The notes: generated by a model from the sequence alone, not told the origin. Counted from the stretch's first letter, positions 1 through 16,839 are shown. The stretch: DNA of 64,000 nucleotides from Eledone cirrhosa (GCA_964016885.1 OZ024751.1:44764001-44828000); one strand, 5' to 3'. Translations and numbers: made by a program.

Positions 1-952
<952 letters not shown>

Positions 953-1116
953 ACACATAGCAGCGCAGGCATGTTGGTACGGTGTAAAAAATCGCTATGT
1001 AAACACGTGATTCCGGGTTCACACTCACTGAGGGGGGCCCTGTAAACTGGGGTTAAGCATTGACTTGTGAGTGAAATTAGGTAGTAGCCGACTACCGATG
1101 TCCGTTATGTATGTAT

Positions 1117-1236
<120 letters not shown>

Positions 1237-1323
1237 CTCCACTCTCAAGCGTGAAACTAATACTAATATCATTTGTACTGCCTCTTCGTTCTTCTGTTTT
1301 TTTGTTTTCTGCTTATTTATTGA

Positions 1324-1367
<44 letters not shown>

Positions 1368-2269
1368 AAAAAAAGATGAAATCGAAAATGCAACTGGAGT
1401 CTTATTTTTTTTTTTTAAATATATATATATATCATCTTATTTTCTTTATACTTTCACTCGTGTAGGACACCTCGGTTATTTTTCATTTTGTAAAAAAAAC
1501 CTCACTTTCTAATATAAGTTGTTCTTTGACCCATATTCTAGCTGATTCTTGCGGAGAAGGAAACAAAATCATTCGGATCGGGCGAGTGCAAGAATCTGAT
1601 TTTTTTTACTATTTCTTGTGCTGCATCTAAACAAGTTTGTAGTATTTCTCTTATTGTTCAGGTGTTTTTTGGGTTTTTTTATGAGTACAAAAATATAGAT
1701 TATCAAACCAATGTGGTTGTTACTTTAGTAAACCTTACATTTCATGTTTTGCTTGAGAGCAAAGTAGTTGAACATAGAGTTTTCTCATTTGATTCATTGA
1801 TATTAGATGGTCTAGACACAAATACTTAAGCCACACCCGGTATAAAACATAATAACAAAAAATGTCTCACACAATGATGACTTGTGTATTATATTAGTTC
1901 ACCTTTGTTTATGACAGTCACATAAGACAGAATATGTTCTAAATTATTGAAACCCATGCACGACTCAGCAGGCGAATGACAATGTATCAGCAAGATTTGC
2001 TAAGGAACTGTCTATTAAACATATGGCACGTTGTATTTTTACTTTCATTCTATGTAGAATATAAGGATATAACAGTCACACCCCCAAATCAATTATTCCG
2101 ACGGAACGTCGCTTATATAGATAATTAATGTAAATAATGTTATATATTAATTCGCTTACCCTTTCAGCTGTAGCCTAGATTTGTGAAACTAATATATATA
2201 AACATATATATATATATAAACAAGAAGTGTAAGTCAACAGGTTAAAATTAACCACGTTTATTCATATTC

Positions 2270-2328
2270 ACTGTTATATATATTTCGGTGATAACCATTA
2301 TGCAAGAGCAATGACCTCATCCTACAGC
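2270..2328 (-). ncRNA. Hammerhead relic with mutated core (AGGATGA)
   Basis: Minus strand: GCTGT-AGGATGA-GGT-C...C-ACC-GAAA-TATATATA-ACAGT, between TA tracts. Confidence 0.5.
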
Positions 2329-2330
2329 TA

Positions 2331-2410
<80 letters not shown>

Positions 2411-2469
2411 GTATATATATATATGTATATATATGTGTGTATGTATGTATGTATGTATATATATGTATG

Positions 2470-2499
<30 letters not shown>

Positions 2500-2501
<2 letters not shown>

Positions 2502-2862
2502 AAATAACACCTGCAACCCTGATGGTATCCAATGATGTTGACTTGTTCTTCTTTTTGGTAAATATCATCTTGGTTAAGAGAGTGGGACTGGCTTTGTGCA
2601 GTGCCTTTGCTCACTATAAAAGCTTCACGGCACAGGTATTGCTTTATATCTGGAGATCTCTCTGCACTTGTCATCACATGGTACCATGGGCCCAGCACTA
2701 TGTGTCAATAATTGTCACAAGTGTAGTGTTTGTACCAGAGTTTTCAAGTCGCTGGCTGGACTAAAAAGTCACACTCGTTCAGCGCATCGGTAGGGGTTCT
2801 CCTACATGGATATAAAGTAGTGGCCGTACTCGAAAATGAGTTGGCAGCCACCGTGTATGTAT
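2500..2862 (+). mobile_element. Non-autonomous RTE-derived element, 5'-truncated, in (TATG)n
   Basis: 3' part encodes [23 protein letters not shown] (RTE C-terminal C2H2-like); same family as 48.4-49.5 kb. Confidence 0.75.
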
Positions 2863-3853
2863 GTATTAGTTTCACAAATCTAGGCTACAGCTGAAAGGGT
2901 TTTGCACAAAAAAAAATCCTCTACGAGACAAGCCTAAGTAGGCTGTCTTTAAAGAAGACCACCAGTATTCGATTTTCACTTCAGTTTTATTATTATTTAT
3001 TAGTGCGTCAAATCTCTTTCGTCACACGTTCTGTGACCTCCTCAATGACATTTTCTCTATATGTCCTCTACTTTTTGGTCTTAAACCGTTTATTCTTTCT
3101 AGTGAAGTGTCCTAAGAGATATATTCTCATTACCGGTGGAAGCATACGAACCCTAGACTCTTTTGCTACCAGTCCTAACACGTTATCGGATCATCCATCA
3201 GAAGTTTTCATGTTGACAGTCTAATGTCAAACAAGATATGTGTAGTTTGACACGTACCTGACAGTTCTTTAGCCATCTTTAATTTGAGATATATTGTTAT
3301 GGTGGTGGTAGCCGTGGTGTATATCTGTGTGTGTGTGTGTGTCTGTCTGTGTGTATCTGTGTGTGTGTAGATATCGGCGTGTATTTTGCGTGTTGTGGTA
3401 GTGCTTCTGGCATGAACAGAAGCACGTTACCCAACCACTTACTTTTCCTTATTTCCTCATCTAAAAGATAGGCGGATCGCCAGTAGAATTGGTAGAGCGC
3501 CGGACAATATTTCTTTGTGGCATTTAGTTACATCTCTTTTCATTATACGTTCAAATCCCGCCGGGGTTAGTTTTGCCTCTCCTTCTTACGAGGTCGATAA
3601 AATAAAGTACCAGTAACACACTGGGGTGATTATAATCGATTTACCCCTACATAAAAAATTGATATCCATGTGAGTAAATTAAAAATGCTTATTTCTTCAT
3701 CTAGATATGCTTCGAATCACCCAATTTGTCATAACCTCATTCCTTTAGATCCCGACTTTCTTCGTAAATCTTTATTTTAAAAAACTCAACGAACGTTCAT
3801 TGACATTTCTTTGCCTTGTCAGTGGTATTTGGTAGACAGATGCAGAAACTCGT

Positions 3854-4424
<571 letters not shown>

Positions 4425-4537
4425 TAATAATTGTTTCTACTTTAGGCACAAGGCTAGCAATTACCCAGTGCATTACTGGTACTTTATTTTATCGACCCCG
4501 TAAGGATAATAATAAATGCGACGACTTTAATCTGTTA

Positions 4538-4622
<85 letters not shown>

Positions 4623-4627
<5 letters not shown>

Positions 4628-4783
4628 AACCAGTAAGACCCCGACGGCTGAGCTCAAGCCGTTTCGACGGCTTGAGCTCAGCCGTCGGGGTCTTACTGGT
4701 TCCTATTACCCACTCTACTACCCTAAGTATTGAGTACTTTGGTGCGTTATGGTCCACCTGGTTCCTTACCACATTTCCTTCGT
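4623..4783 (+). mobile_element. Short fold-back element carrying the 3' half of a hammerhead
   Basis: 40-bp perfect arms 4623-4662 and 4667-4706. The minus arm reads GAAA-CGGCT-TGAGCTC-AGCC-GTC, i.e. helix III and a GUC site. Tail to 4783; flanked by (TA)n. Confidence 0.65.
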
Positions 4784-4881
<98 letters not shown>

Positions 4882-4911
4882 TTTAAAGTATTCCGGCCTT
4901 GTATTATATTT

Positions 4912-5100
4912 GTTGATTGGCAGTATCGGTAGAGGTTCGGACGCCATGCTTTGACGCATAGAGTTACGGCCCTTGCCATTCTGAGTTCAAATCCCGCCGA
5001 GGTTAACTTTGCCTTTCATCCTTACGGGGTCGATAAAATAAAGTACCAGTAATGTACTGGGTAATTTTCTGGCCTTGTGCCAATAGTAGAAACAATTATA
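4912..5100 (+). mobile_element. tRNA-SINE copy (older or partial relatives at 3470-3690 +, 4428-4506 -, 5450-5666 -, 6135-6345 -)
   Basis: Sequence similarity to 6887-7080. Confidence 0.85.
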
Positions 5101-5181
5101 TTTGTTATTTTACATCAAGCTACTCTCATACTTGTAATTGGATAATATTAATATTACCCATATTATTTTTATATATACATA

Positions 5182-5216
<35 letters not shown>

Positions 5217-6684
5217 CTGTACGTGTGAGACTCTGTGTGTGTGTGTGACTGTACGTGTGAGACTCTGTGTGTGTGTACTCGGGTCTATCTTTGTATTTAT
5301 ATATATATATTAAATACATACATACACACACACACATACATACAAACATACGTATAAGCATGTTAACAAAGATTAGAGTGTAGTCTAGCCTAAGACTTCT
5401 TTTGTTGAGACAAATGTTTATTGGTCATCACTATAATAATTGAAATATTGATTTCTAATTTAGGCTCAAGGCCAGCAAAGTTAGACGAAGTGGAAAGTTG
5501 ATTAAATCAATACCAGTGCCATACTGGTACTTTATTTTATCAATCATGAAAGTTTGAAAGTCAAAGTTGATCTCAGCGGGATTTGAACTCAAAATGTAAA
5601 GATCTAAAAGGAAGAAAGCAATGTCATATTATCCGACGATCAGCCGAATCTACCAATCCGCCAACCTATATTTTAATAATAGAAATATTGATAACCGATA
5701 AACATAAAAGAGAGAAAATATAATAAAATAACAATAGAAATCGCAGATTAGGAACAAAAACTAGATCAGGAAACCTAGATTTTGTGGAAAGTTATGTTCC
5801 GTTAGTTATTTATCCAATGATAGCAACAATGGGGTCGATAATGACAACAATAGCAGAAACAATAACAGCTCTTATCATCTCACTATGTCACGAGGTAATG
5901 TTATTTGACCCGCTAGAAATATCAACCAAGTCACAAGTTATACTGTATCTTCAGAAACAAAAGAAGATAATTAGATAATGTAGTCCAAGTTAGATAAACC
6001 ATTGCGGAAAGCACATAACCAGAATGACTTTGATAATGTCTTCTCGATCGGGACCAAGGTGAAGTCATACAATAACCAATAACAGCTATTATGCAACCGA
6101 ATAACTATTGGATTTTTGAATTTATATAACAATGGTTTCTGATTTAGACACAAAGCCAACAATTTTGGAAGAAGAGGAAAGTCAATTAAATCACCTTAGT
6201 GTGATAATGGATACTTTATTTTATCGACCTCGTGGTGATGATAGGCAAAGCTAACCTCGGTGGGATTTGAGCTCAGAACGTAAAGAGACGCAATTATATG
6301 CCGCAAATCATGTTGTCCGACGCTCTACCGATACTGCTAATCCAAATAGACATATTCGGTAAAAGTTTGGCTAAGATTCCATGGGGTTTTTTTCACAACC
6401 TATTATAATATTTTTTCTTAACATTTATTTCACTATCCGTGTATAAAATCAAAATATAAAAAGTTGCATAAAGGAAAAAAAAGTATGATACACTCTTTAC
6501 AAAGAAGAGAATAAAAGATTCTTAGAAATGTAATGAAGTTGTTCATTATTGAAAATGCGCTAATCAGGCTAGAGAGAGGCCATCGAGAAGCAATGTAGTA
6601 AAATGTCAACCTTTTCATGGCGGCCTGTAAAAGGTGCAGCTTATACAAAGTCATTATTTATTTACAAATAATGACTTTGTATAA

Positions 6685-7080
6685 GGGCGGTGGATTGGTA
6701 GTATCGGTAGAGGGTCGGACGCCATGCTTTCCAGCATAGTTACGTCCCTTTACGATCTGAGTTCAAATCCCGCCGAGGTTGACTTTGCCTTTCATCCTTA
6801 CGGGGTCGATAAAATAAAGTACCAGTAAGGCACTGGGTAATTGCTGGCTTTGTGCCTAAAGTAGAAACAATTATTTATTTACAAATAGGGCGGTGGATTG
6901 GCAGTATCGGTAGAGGGTCGGACGCCATGTTTTGACGCATAGAGTTACGGCCCTTGTCATTCTGAATTCAAATCCCGCCAAAGTTAACTTTGCCTTTCAT
7001 CCTTACGAGGTCGATAAAATAAAGTACCAGTAATGCACTGGGTAATTGCTGGCATTGTGCCTAACGTAGAAACAATTATT
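6685..7080 (+). mobile_element. Two head-to-tail copies of the ~195-bp tRNA-derived SINE
   Basis: A-box-like TGGCAGTATCGG, B-box GAGTTCAAATCC, central GCCTTTCATCCTTACGGGGTCGATAAAATAAAGTACCAG, ATTATT tail. Confidence 0.9.
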
Positions 7081-7205
7081 TATTTACAAATATACCCTAA
7101 CAAATATACCCTAACGGTTCAAATTTTCCTTGGATATTCAAGGAAAACTTGAACCGTTAGGGTATATTTTCCTTGGTTATGTCAAAATTGATAAAACACA
7201 CTTCG

Positions 7206-7394
<189 letters not shown>

Positions 7395-7961
7395 GGCGTT
7401 GGATGCTTAATGCGTCCGTATGCGAAAAGTCTGCTTTGTGGAATCAGGACCTTGCGATTTTCAGAGTCAGGTTCGATCATCACATCGATCGTGCCTCCTT
7501 ATATATATATATATAAGGAAAAACCACAAACCCTCCATCTCAATTTTATTTTTGAAAAGCTTAAGAACTGCGAAACTGGTAAAGGAACCAAATAAATATA
7601 TATTTTTTTTTAAAAAGACTCCAGTTGCATTTTCGATTTCATCTTTTTTCCTTATACTTTCACTCGTGTAGGACATCTCGTTTATTTTTCATTTTGTAAA
7701 AAAAACCTCACTTTCTAATATATATATATAGAGAGAGAGAATTCACAAGAATCAAAGCTATGTTCAAAGCATTTATTCACCTACAATTGTTTCATCCAAA
7801 CCTAGGCTTGGTGTCTTCGGAGCATTTTTCAATATTTGTACACATAATTGACCTCCTTTCCAACGCAAGAGACATACAGATACATATATATATATTGATG
7901 TACAGTGGAGTGACATATATTATACTATACTATTTTTGTACAGCAATTCAAAATCAAAATC

Positions 7962-7990
<29 letters not shown>

Positions 7991-7992
<2 letters not shown>

Positions 7993-8411
7993 TAATTCAA
8001 AATATTAATAAATATAGACATTCATGTAATCAAATATATTTTATTATATATATTTCGGAGGTACTGTGCTGTTTCCTCAGTACGTCCTCATCAGATAAAA
8101 TATATAAATTGATGTCTGACATACCTCAACTGTGCTGATGGTTCAATTCCAGTCTTGGCAGTTGAACCATCAGCACAGTTGAGGTATGTCATACATCAAT
8201 TTAAATATTTTATCTGATGAGGACGTACTGAGGAAACAGCACAGTACCTCCGAAATATATATAATAAAATATATTTGATTACATGAATGTCTATATTTAT
8301 TAATATTTCGAATTAATATTCATAACTCCAGAAAACCTTCCTGTTGGGTGCTTCTAATCTATTGTAAAACTATATTCATTGATTAATCAATGAACCTTGT
8401 TTAACTTTTGG

Positions 8412-8412
<1 letters not shown>
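7991..8412 (+). mobile_element. Fold-back element family H2 with hammerhead at 8206-8271 (mirror copy on minus strand)
   Basis: Arms ~7991-8150 and ~8161-8316 plus tail; TATTTTAT-CTGATGA-GGA-C-GTACTG..CAGTAC-C-TCC-GAAA-TATATATA-ATAAAATA; flanked by (TA)n. Confidence 0.85.
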
Positions 8413-8462
<50 letters not shown>

Positions 8463-8465
<3 letters not shown>

Positions 8466-8933
8466 AAAGTTATATTTAAATTGTTGGGTTACAACTAGTA
8501 AATATTTATAACTGATATAAAAGCACTCAACAAGTATTTGGAGTATATTTACGATATTAAATAAATGGAAACTATATTTATAAAACCATATTTATTTCAT
8601 TATATATATTTCAGGGATATCATATTAACAATATGTTATGCCTTCTTCAGACAAAATACAATTTAGACAGTTTTATAGATAAATAGATTTGACATACCGT
8701 TCAACATCGACTTGTATTTGAAAAAGTTGATTTGGCAGTGAAAAATTGTAAACAGAAAGAAAGAAAGAAATAAAGAAGGAAAGAAAGAAAGAAAACGAAG
8801 AAAAAGAAGAAAAAGAAGAAATGCATGCAACAAAATAGAGAGATGGAAAGATAGATAAAGAGAAGAACTTCATGTAAAGAAACAGAGAGAGATATATAGA
8901 GAGAGGAAATAGATAGAGATAGATATATATAGA
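8463..8933 (-). repeat. Inverted 5' pseudo-LTR of the PLE (with tail extension)
   Basis: Near-exact reverse complement of 11640-12012; contains a minus-strand HHR at 8593-8658. Confidence 0.9.
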
Positions 8934-10593
8934 TCACAAAAGGAATTTTGAAAATGACTTGCCAGTTAGATTGATCGCACCATCAAAATCGGACCTGGGC
9001 AAATTAAGCAAAATCATTCTTGACAGGGTGATACAGCAAATTAAAAACTTGGATTGTTTACCTAACCTGAGCTTGTGGAAGGGAACTGGAGAGGTTGTTG
9101 AGTGGTTTAAGCAAATTAAATATAACAATAATAATAAGTTTATTCAACTTGATATTGCTAACTATTATTCTTCTATTACCCCTAATCTACTAAATAAGGC
9201 ACTAAATTACGCATTCAAACATACAGACCTAACTAGAAATGAAATGCACATTATATTATCGGCTAGGAAAACATTGATAGAATTTAATGACCAACTATGG
9301 ACCAGAGCAGATAGAGATAGCAATTTTGACATTACTATGGGATCATCCGACTCAGCTCAGGTAACTGACCTTGTGGGCTTATTTTTAATCAATTCGCTAC
9401 ATAGGAAAATACCTGGTACTACCGGAGGTTTATATAGAGATGACATGCTTTTACTTATTGATAATAATAACTCTGAACTAAATAGAAAAAGAAAACAAAT
9501 TACACAATTTTTTAATTACTTTAATCTAAAAATAGAAATTGAGAACAACCATAGAATAGTCAATTTCCTAGATATAACATTAAATCTCAACACATGTCTT
9601 CACTATCCATTTCACAAGTTGAATGAAAACTTAAACTATGTCAGCTTTAACTCTAACCACCCCAGATCTGTCAAAAACACTATAGTAAACTCTGTTCAAA
9701 AACGTATCTCTAGAATCACGTCTAATAGAAAGATTTTCGACGAAAAAGCCCAGTACTACAATGAAGCGTTAGCTAGAGCAGGATATAGTGATAAGATTAT
9801 GTACATAGATAATGATAGACAAACTAAACAAAATAACAACTATTTTAATTACGGCCACAACCTTAACAACTATAATAGAAAGCATTACAATAATTCCAAA
9901 AGCCAAAAAAGAAATAGAACTAGGAACATAATATGGTTTGCCCCCCCTTTCTCACTAAACATTAAAACCCACATCGCTAAACTATTTTTTAAAGCTCTTG
10001 ATAATCGCTTCCCTAGAACACATAGGTATCACTCAATTTTCAATAGACATACTATAAAATTAACCTACTCATCCACCAAAAATTTAGCACAAAATATTAA
10101 TAGAATAAATAATAGGAACTTAAAACCTAGCGATAATAGCATAAATAATATACAAGTTAACAAATGTAACTGTAGAGATAGATCTAAATGTCCGTTAAAT
10201 AACAACTGCTTAGTTAAAAATATAATATACAACTGTAATGTTAAAACGGACTCTAATTCTTTTAACTACGTCGGTTCCACATCGACGGAATTTAAACTTC
10301 GCTATAATAACCACAAGAATTCTTTCACAGATCCAAGCAAAAAATCTTCAACAGCACTATCAGGCGTACTCTGGCAACTTAGGCAAGATAACGTTAGATA
10401 TTCGACGGCTTGGAATATAGTCTGAAGAGGGATTCCTTTTAATTCATCCTCTGAGACATGTGACCTCTGCGCGGAGGAGATATTCTTTATACTAAAATCT
10501 AAAAATTCCCTTAATCTACGGACAAATTTATTCAGTTGCTGCAAACATAGATTGAACTCAACTTTTAAATATAAATTTAAATTTAAGATGTAG
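8932..10593 (+). pseudogene. PLE reverse transcriptase + GIY-YIG endonuclease ORF, N-terminally truncated, one in-frame TGA at 10423-10425
   Basis: RT motifs DHKRNF..RLIAPSKSDLG, LDIANYYSSI, ITMGS, GGLYRDD, VNFLDITL, SNHP, IIWFAPPFS. Endonuclease region CNCR..CPL...C, IIY..YVG, FKLRYNNH. The frame continues past the TGA as RGIPFNSSSETCDLCAEEIFFILKSKNSLNLRTNLFSCCKHR... to TAG at 10591-10593. Confidence 0.9.
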
Positions 10594-11901
10594 TATATTT
10601 GGTTTGATTTGTAATTATTTGGGAAACTAGCCGATAAATCTTTCGATTTCTTCTTTTTATTCTTCTTTTTATTTTTATTTTTATTTTAAACATTCTTCAT
10701 GAAAAATTAAACTACCCTAAAAGTTGATGCTCCAAATATATCGAATAAACGTTACACTAGATAAACTTCTATATTAAATATAAGAACATATGTAGACCAA
10801 ATGGGCATCCTAAACTTTTGAAATGATTTCTGCTAGACGCGATTTGGTAAATAATTTTTAGCTTTATCTGTTTTCGACTCTGATGCTTATAATGAACTTG
10901 GCAATATATTGTCAATTAATTTTGAAGGGTTGATCTTTGTGGTCGATTTGCGTGGCATATTATGTTTTTATTTTTATTATTTTAATATTTTTTAATATTT
11001 TTAATATTTTCACTTTTAATATGTAATATTTTTTAGTTTTCTATTTTATTTATTTGTTTATTATTATTATTATTATTATTTTTTGTTTTTGTTTCTGATA
11101 TTTTTATTAATATATTGAAATCTGTTCTCTATTTCTGCTTGATAGATAATCATGTAGAGTAAAGACAAGAATAGTATTGTTAAAATTAATATAGACTCTA
11201 TATATATGTGTATATATACACATATATGTATACTTAAATTTTTATAGCACAATGAGAATGTCCTCCGTGTGAAATAGGGGTTTTCAGAGTTGATCACGTA
11301 AATTCACATCGATGTTTGTAGTTATCATATAAACATATGAATTTTTAAAACTAGACATAAGATCATTACTTTTCACACATTATAGATACGTGTCTCATTC
11401 AGGAATACTGATATTTACATTATAGTGCCTGGTTTTTATACGAACTAATATTTCTACATTAAAACATAGGGTTTTTAAATTCTGCCTCGCCTATGTCTGG
11501 TTACTTTTCATTTTTCTCTCTATATAACGGCTGGTTTCTTTCCTAACCACATATATCTCCCTTACATTAATACTAGAGCTAAATAAATAAATAAATAAAT
11601 AAATGTATCATTGATACGTCGTTCAACTACCTACTTTTCTCTATATATATCTATCTCTATCTATTTCCTCTCTCTATATATCTCTCTCTGTTTCTTTACA
11701 TGAAGTTCTTCTCTTTATCTATCTTTCCATTTCTCTATTTTGTTGCATCCATTTCTTCTTTTTCTTCGTTTTCTTTCTTTCTTTCCTTCTTTCTTTCTTT
11801 CTTTCTGTTTACAATTTTTCACTGCCAAATCAACTTTTTCAAATACAAGTCGATGTTGAACGGTATGTCAAATCTATTTATCTATAAAACTGTCTATATT
11901 G

Positions 11902-11967
11902 TATTTTGTCTGAAGAAGGCATAACATATTGTTAATATGATATCCCTGAAATATATATAATGAAATA
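11902..11967 (+). ncRNA. Minimal type I hammerhead ribozyme in PLE 3' pLTR (family H1)
   Basis: Stem I TATTTTGT/ATGAAATA; CTGAAGA at 11910; stem II AGG-C-ATAACATATT/AATATGATAT-C-CCT; GAAA at 11948; palindromic TATATATA helix III; predicted AUA cleavage. Confidence 0.85.
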
Positions 11968-12374
11968 AATATGGTTTTATAAATATAGTTTCCATTTATT
12001 TAATATCGTATATATATATATATATATTTCATAATATATACGCCCAAATGCATAACTACATACATATATTACATTCACATATTTTTACCTATATATGAAA
12101 TGTAATAGTACAGACGTAACTATGGGTTCGAATGTTTCATTAATTGATAACCTTGCCACGTGATAAGGTTTATCTATAATTAGGTTTAGATAATAAACGG
12201 TGACAACGATATATAGGTTTGTTTATTAAAATCTATTTGTGCTGTCATTTGTCTGTCTGTCTGTCTGTATATCGATTTTATCGAACAAACTATCAATCTA
12301 TATATGATATACAGAGAAAAGTAAGGTTAGTGTTGAAAGCATTAAATAGTTAACTGAAAGGTTCTAATCTCACT

Positions 12375-12376
12375 TC

Positions 12377-12412
<36 letters not shown>

Positions 12413-13070
12413 CCATCTCCCTACCTCTCTTTCTCTATCCCTATCTCTCTCCATCTCTCTACCTCTCTTTCTCTATCTCTATCTCTCCCCCATCTCTTCC
12501 CATCTCTTCCCAGCCCCTATATCTGTATACCTCCCCGCCCCTCTGTCTCTCTCTATCTCACCCCACCTCTCTCTCACTCTCCCTATCTCTCCCCCATTTC
12601 AGTCTCTCTCTCTCTCTATCTATCTCTCCCCCATCTCTCCCCCACTTGACTCTCTTCCTATCTCTCCCCCACTTCCTTCTCTCTCTCTATCTCTATCTCT
12701 CCCCATCTCTCCCCCACTTCACTCTGTCTCTCTCTCCATCTCTCCCCTACTTCACACAGTCCCTCTCTCCCCATCTCTCCCCCACTTCCCTCTCTCTCTC
12801 TATCTCTATCTCTCCCATCTCTCCCCCACTTCCCTCTCTCTCTCTCTATCTCTATCTCTCCCCATCTCTCCCCCACTTCCCTCTCTCTCTCTCTATCTCT
12901 ATCTCTCTCCATCTCTCCCCCACTTCACTCTGACTCTCTCTCTCCATCTCTCCCCTACTTCACACAGTCCCTCTCTCCCCATCTCTCCCCTAACACTCTC
13001 TTCCCATCTCTCCCCCACTTCCCTTTCTCTCTATCTATCTCTCCCCACACCACTCTCCCCCACCCCTCCC
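12375..13070. repeat. Pyrimidine-rich minisatellite (CCCCATCTCTCCCCCACTT-based)
   Basis: Degenerate tandem CT-rich units. Confidence 0.85.
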
Positions 13071-13570
13071 CATGTTTCCTTATCTCCCCTCACCTAACCA
13101 TTTCTCTGTCTGTCTGTCTGTCTGTCTGTCATTACACCACGAACTTTTTTTTTATTACGTAACTAAATAAAAGGAAAATCTTGCAAGGCGAAAGTATTTG
13201 TAGTAAAATTAAATGAAAGAACATCGGCTTGGGTGGCTGAGTGGTTAGAGAATTAGATTCTCAATCGTGAGGCTACGAGTTCGATTCCCGGACAGGGCGA
13301 TATATTATGTCCTTGATCGAGACACTTTATTGGATGTTGTGCTTTCTGCCAGGAGTTGCAACAGGTTGATAGTATCAGCAATGGAAATACTAATGGAAAC
13401 ATTGTTTCCTTGGTCCGAGATGACAAGTTCCACCCCACTCTGTAAGGGAATGGTGTCTGAGATCTTGTCGAATATTGAGGAATTGTTGCCTCTATTGCTT
13501 ATATTGATATTTCAGCGATATAACGCTCTATGTGTAGGCATTATATATATATATAATGCATATATATATA

Positions 13571-13786
13571 CAGGGTGGACCAAAAGTCACACAGGGGTCG
13601 CAACTGTTTATAATTTTTTATATTTTATAATATTTAGTAATGTAGAGGAGTGACAAGGATTGATGAGTGCAAAATAAAATAATTTCCATTATGTCCTTTA
13701 AGTTGTATCAAAATTTCATACATCAATCTGTAAATTCAGGAAGTTAATAAAAACTAAGAGCCCTGTTTGACTTTTGGGCCACCCTG
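13571..13786. mobile_element. Tc1/mariner-type MITE
   Basis: ~26-bp TIRs CAGGGTGGACCAAAAGTCACACAGGG / CCCTGTTTGACTTTTGGGCCACCCTG; TA on the left flank. Confidence 0.75.
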
Positions 13787-13840
13787 ATTATATATATTTT
13801 ATCAAATGATTCTATGGACATACCTTATTGTATATATATA

Positions 13841-15201
<1,361 letters not shown>

Positions 15202-15304
15202 AGAGGGAGAGAGAGAGAGGGAGAGAGGGAGAGAGAGAGAGAGAGAGACAGAGAGAGAGATGGATAGATACATAATAGGTATGTATGTGTGTGAGTGTGT
15301 GTGA

Positions 15305-15359
<55 letters not shown>

Positions 15360-15425
15360 CACATATATATATATATATATTATATATATATATACATATA
15401 TATATGTATATATATATACACACAA

Positions 15426-15490
<65 letters not shown>

Positions 15491-15500
15491 TACATATATG

Positions 15501-15532
<32 letters not shown>

Positions 15533-15659
15533 ATATATATATATTTGTATGTATATATATATATAATATATATATATTTATTTATATGTATATATATATA
15601 TAAATATACACAAAATTTCTTAAACGAGTTTTTTCATGTCTTGACATGCTTACCTATAC

Positions 15660-15717
<58 letters not shown>

Positions 15718-15776
15718 AATGTGTGTATATGTGTGTACGTGTGTGTTTGTAAAAACAAATAAACATGCATACGTAT

Positions 15777-15844
<68 letters not shown>

Positions 15845-16145
15845 TCACACATATAGAAACCTACGTAGAGTTCAGTAAATGGTCGTTCTCCACTAGAAAT
15901 GTCTTAGATAAAACATGATACGTTAAACCAGCGTTCAGCATTGTAACCACTTTAGTGATAACGTGCTAACTTTGGCGCCTTTCTACTTGTCTCTAATATT
16001 TATATCAGTTGCTTTGTTTTTACAATTGTTTTCCTCTTGTTTTTCTCTTGTTTATTATTGACTATTTACTAAAATAACGGTCGGGCTTTACGAAACACTT
16101 GTTAATATGACCTTTCTTTCTTATTCCTCATATTCTTTTACACTT

Positions 16146-16236
<91 letters not shown>

Positions 16237-16432
16237 TACATACACACACACATACACACACACACATATATATATATACACATATACACACAGATACACA
16301 CACATATATATATATATATATATAAATATATCAATACATATACATATTCTTTTTTCTAATTTTTGTATTCTTTGACTCTTTCGACTGCTTTCAGTCATAT
16401 TAGAACGCGGCCATCCTGGAGCGCTGCTATTA

Positions 16433-16622
16433 TGGGTTGGCAGTATCGGTAGAGGGTCGGACGCCATGCTTTGCAACATAGAGTTACTGCCCTTTATGGT
16501 CGGAGTTCAAATCCCGCCGAGGCTAACTTTGCCTTTCATCCTTACGGGGGTCGATAAAATAAAGTACCAGTAATGCACTGGGATACTTGCTGGCCTTGTG
16601 CCAAAAGTAGAAACAATTATTT
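16433..16622 (+). mobile_element. tRNA-SINE copy
   Basis: Sequence similarity to 6887-7080. Confidence 0.85.
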
Positions 16623-16804
16623 ATTCGATCATATCGAACCCAGTATTCTTTTACTGGTTTCAGTCATTAGACTGCGACTTATGCGAGGGTGTCGCCTTGA
16701 TTTAGTCAATCATTTCGACCCCAATACCTATTTTTATTTCATGCCAAAAACACAGGGGCTGCCACAGACGTAAACATAGACACACACATGCCCGTATAGA
16801 CATA

Positions 16805-16839
<35 letters not shown>

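Larger units (their letters stand above)
8463..12012 (+). mobile_element. Penelope-like retroelement (C-terminal GIY-YIG, Hydra-clade-like), 5'-truncated, with inverted 5' pseudo-LTR, inserted in (TA)n
   Basis: RT+GIY-YIG ORF at 8932-10593. 8463-8933 is the reverse complement of 11640-12012 plus an extra ~85 bp tail. Hammerhead in both pLTR copies. TA repeats on both flanks. Confidence 0.92.

Noticed and set aside
10415-10470. CTGAAGA overlapping the in-frame TGA of the PLE, with a possible GGGAT/ATCCT stem
   Set aside because: Followed by GAGA rather than GAAA, with no stem I or valid cleavage triplet; likely coincidence.
10890-10936. Possible SECIS (ATGA...TGAT) in the PLE 3'UTR
   Set aside because: I could not build a convincing helix II with an apical AA by hand; needs SECISearch3.
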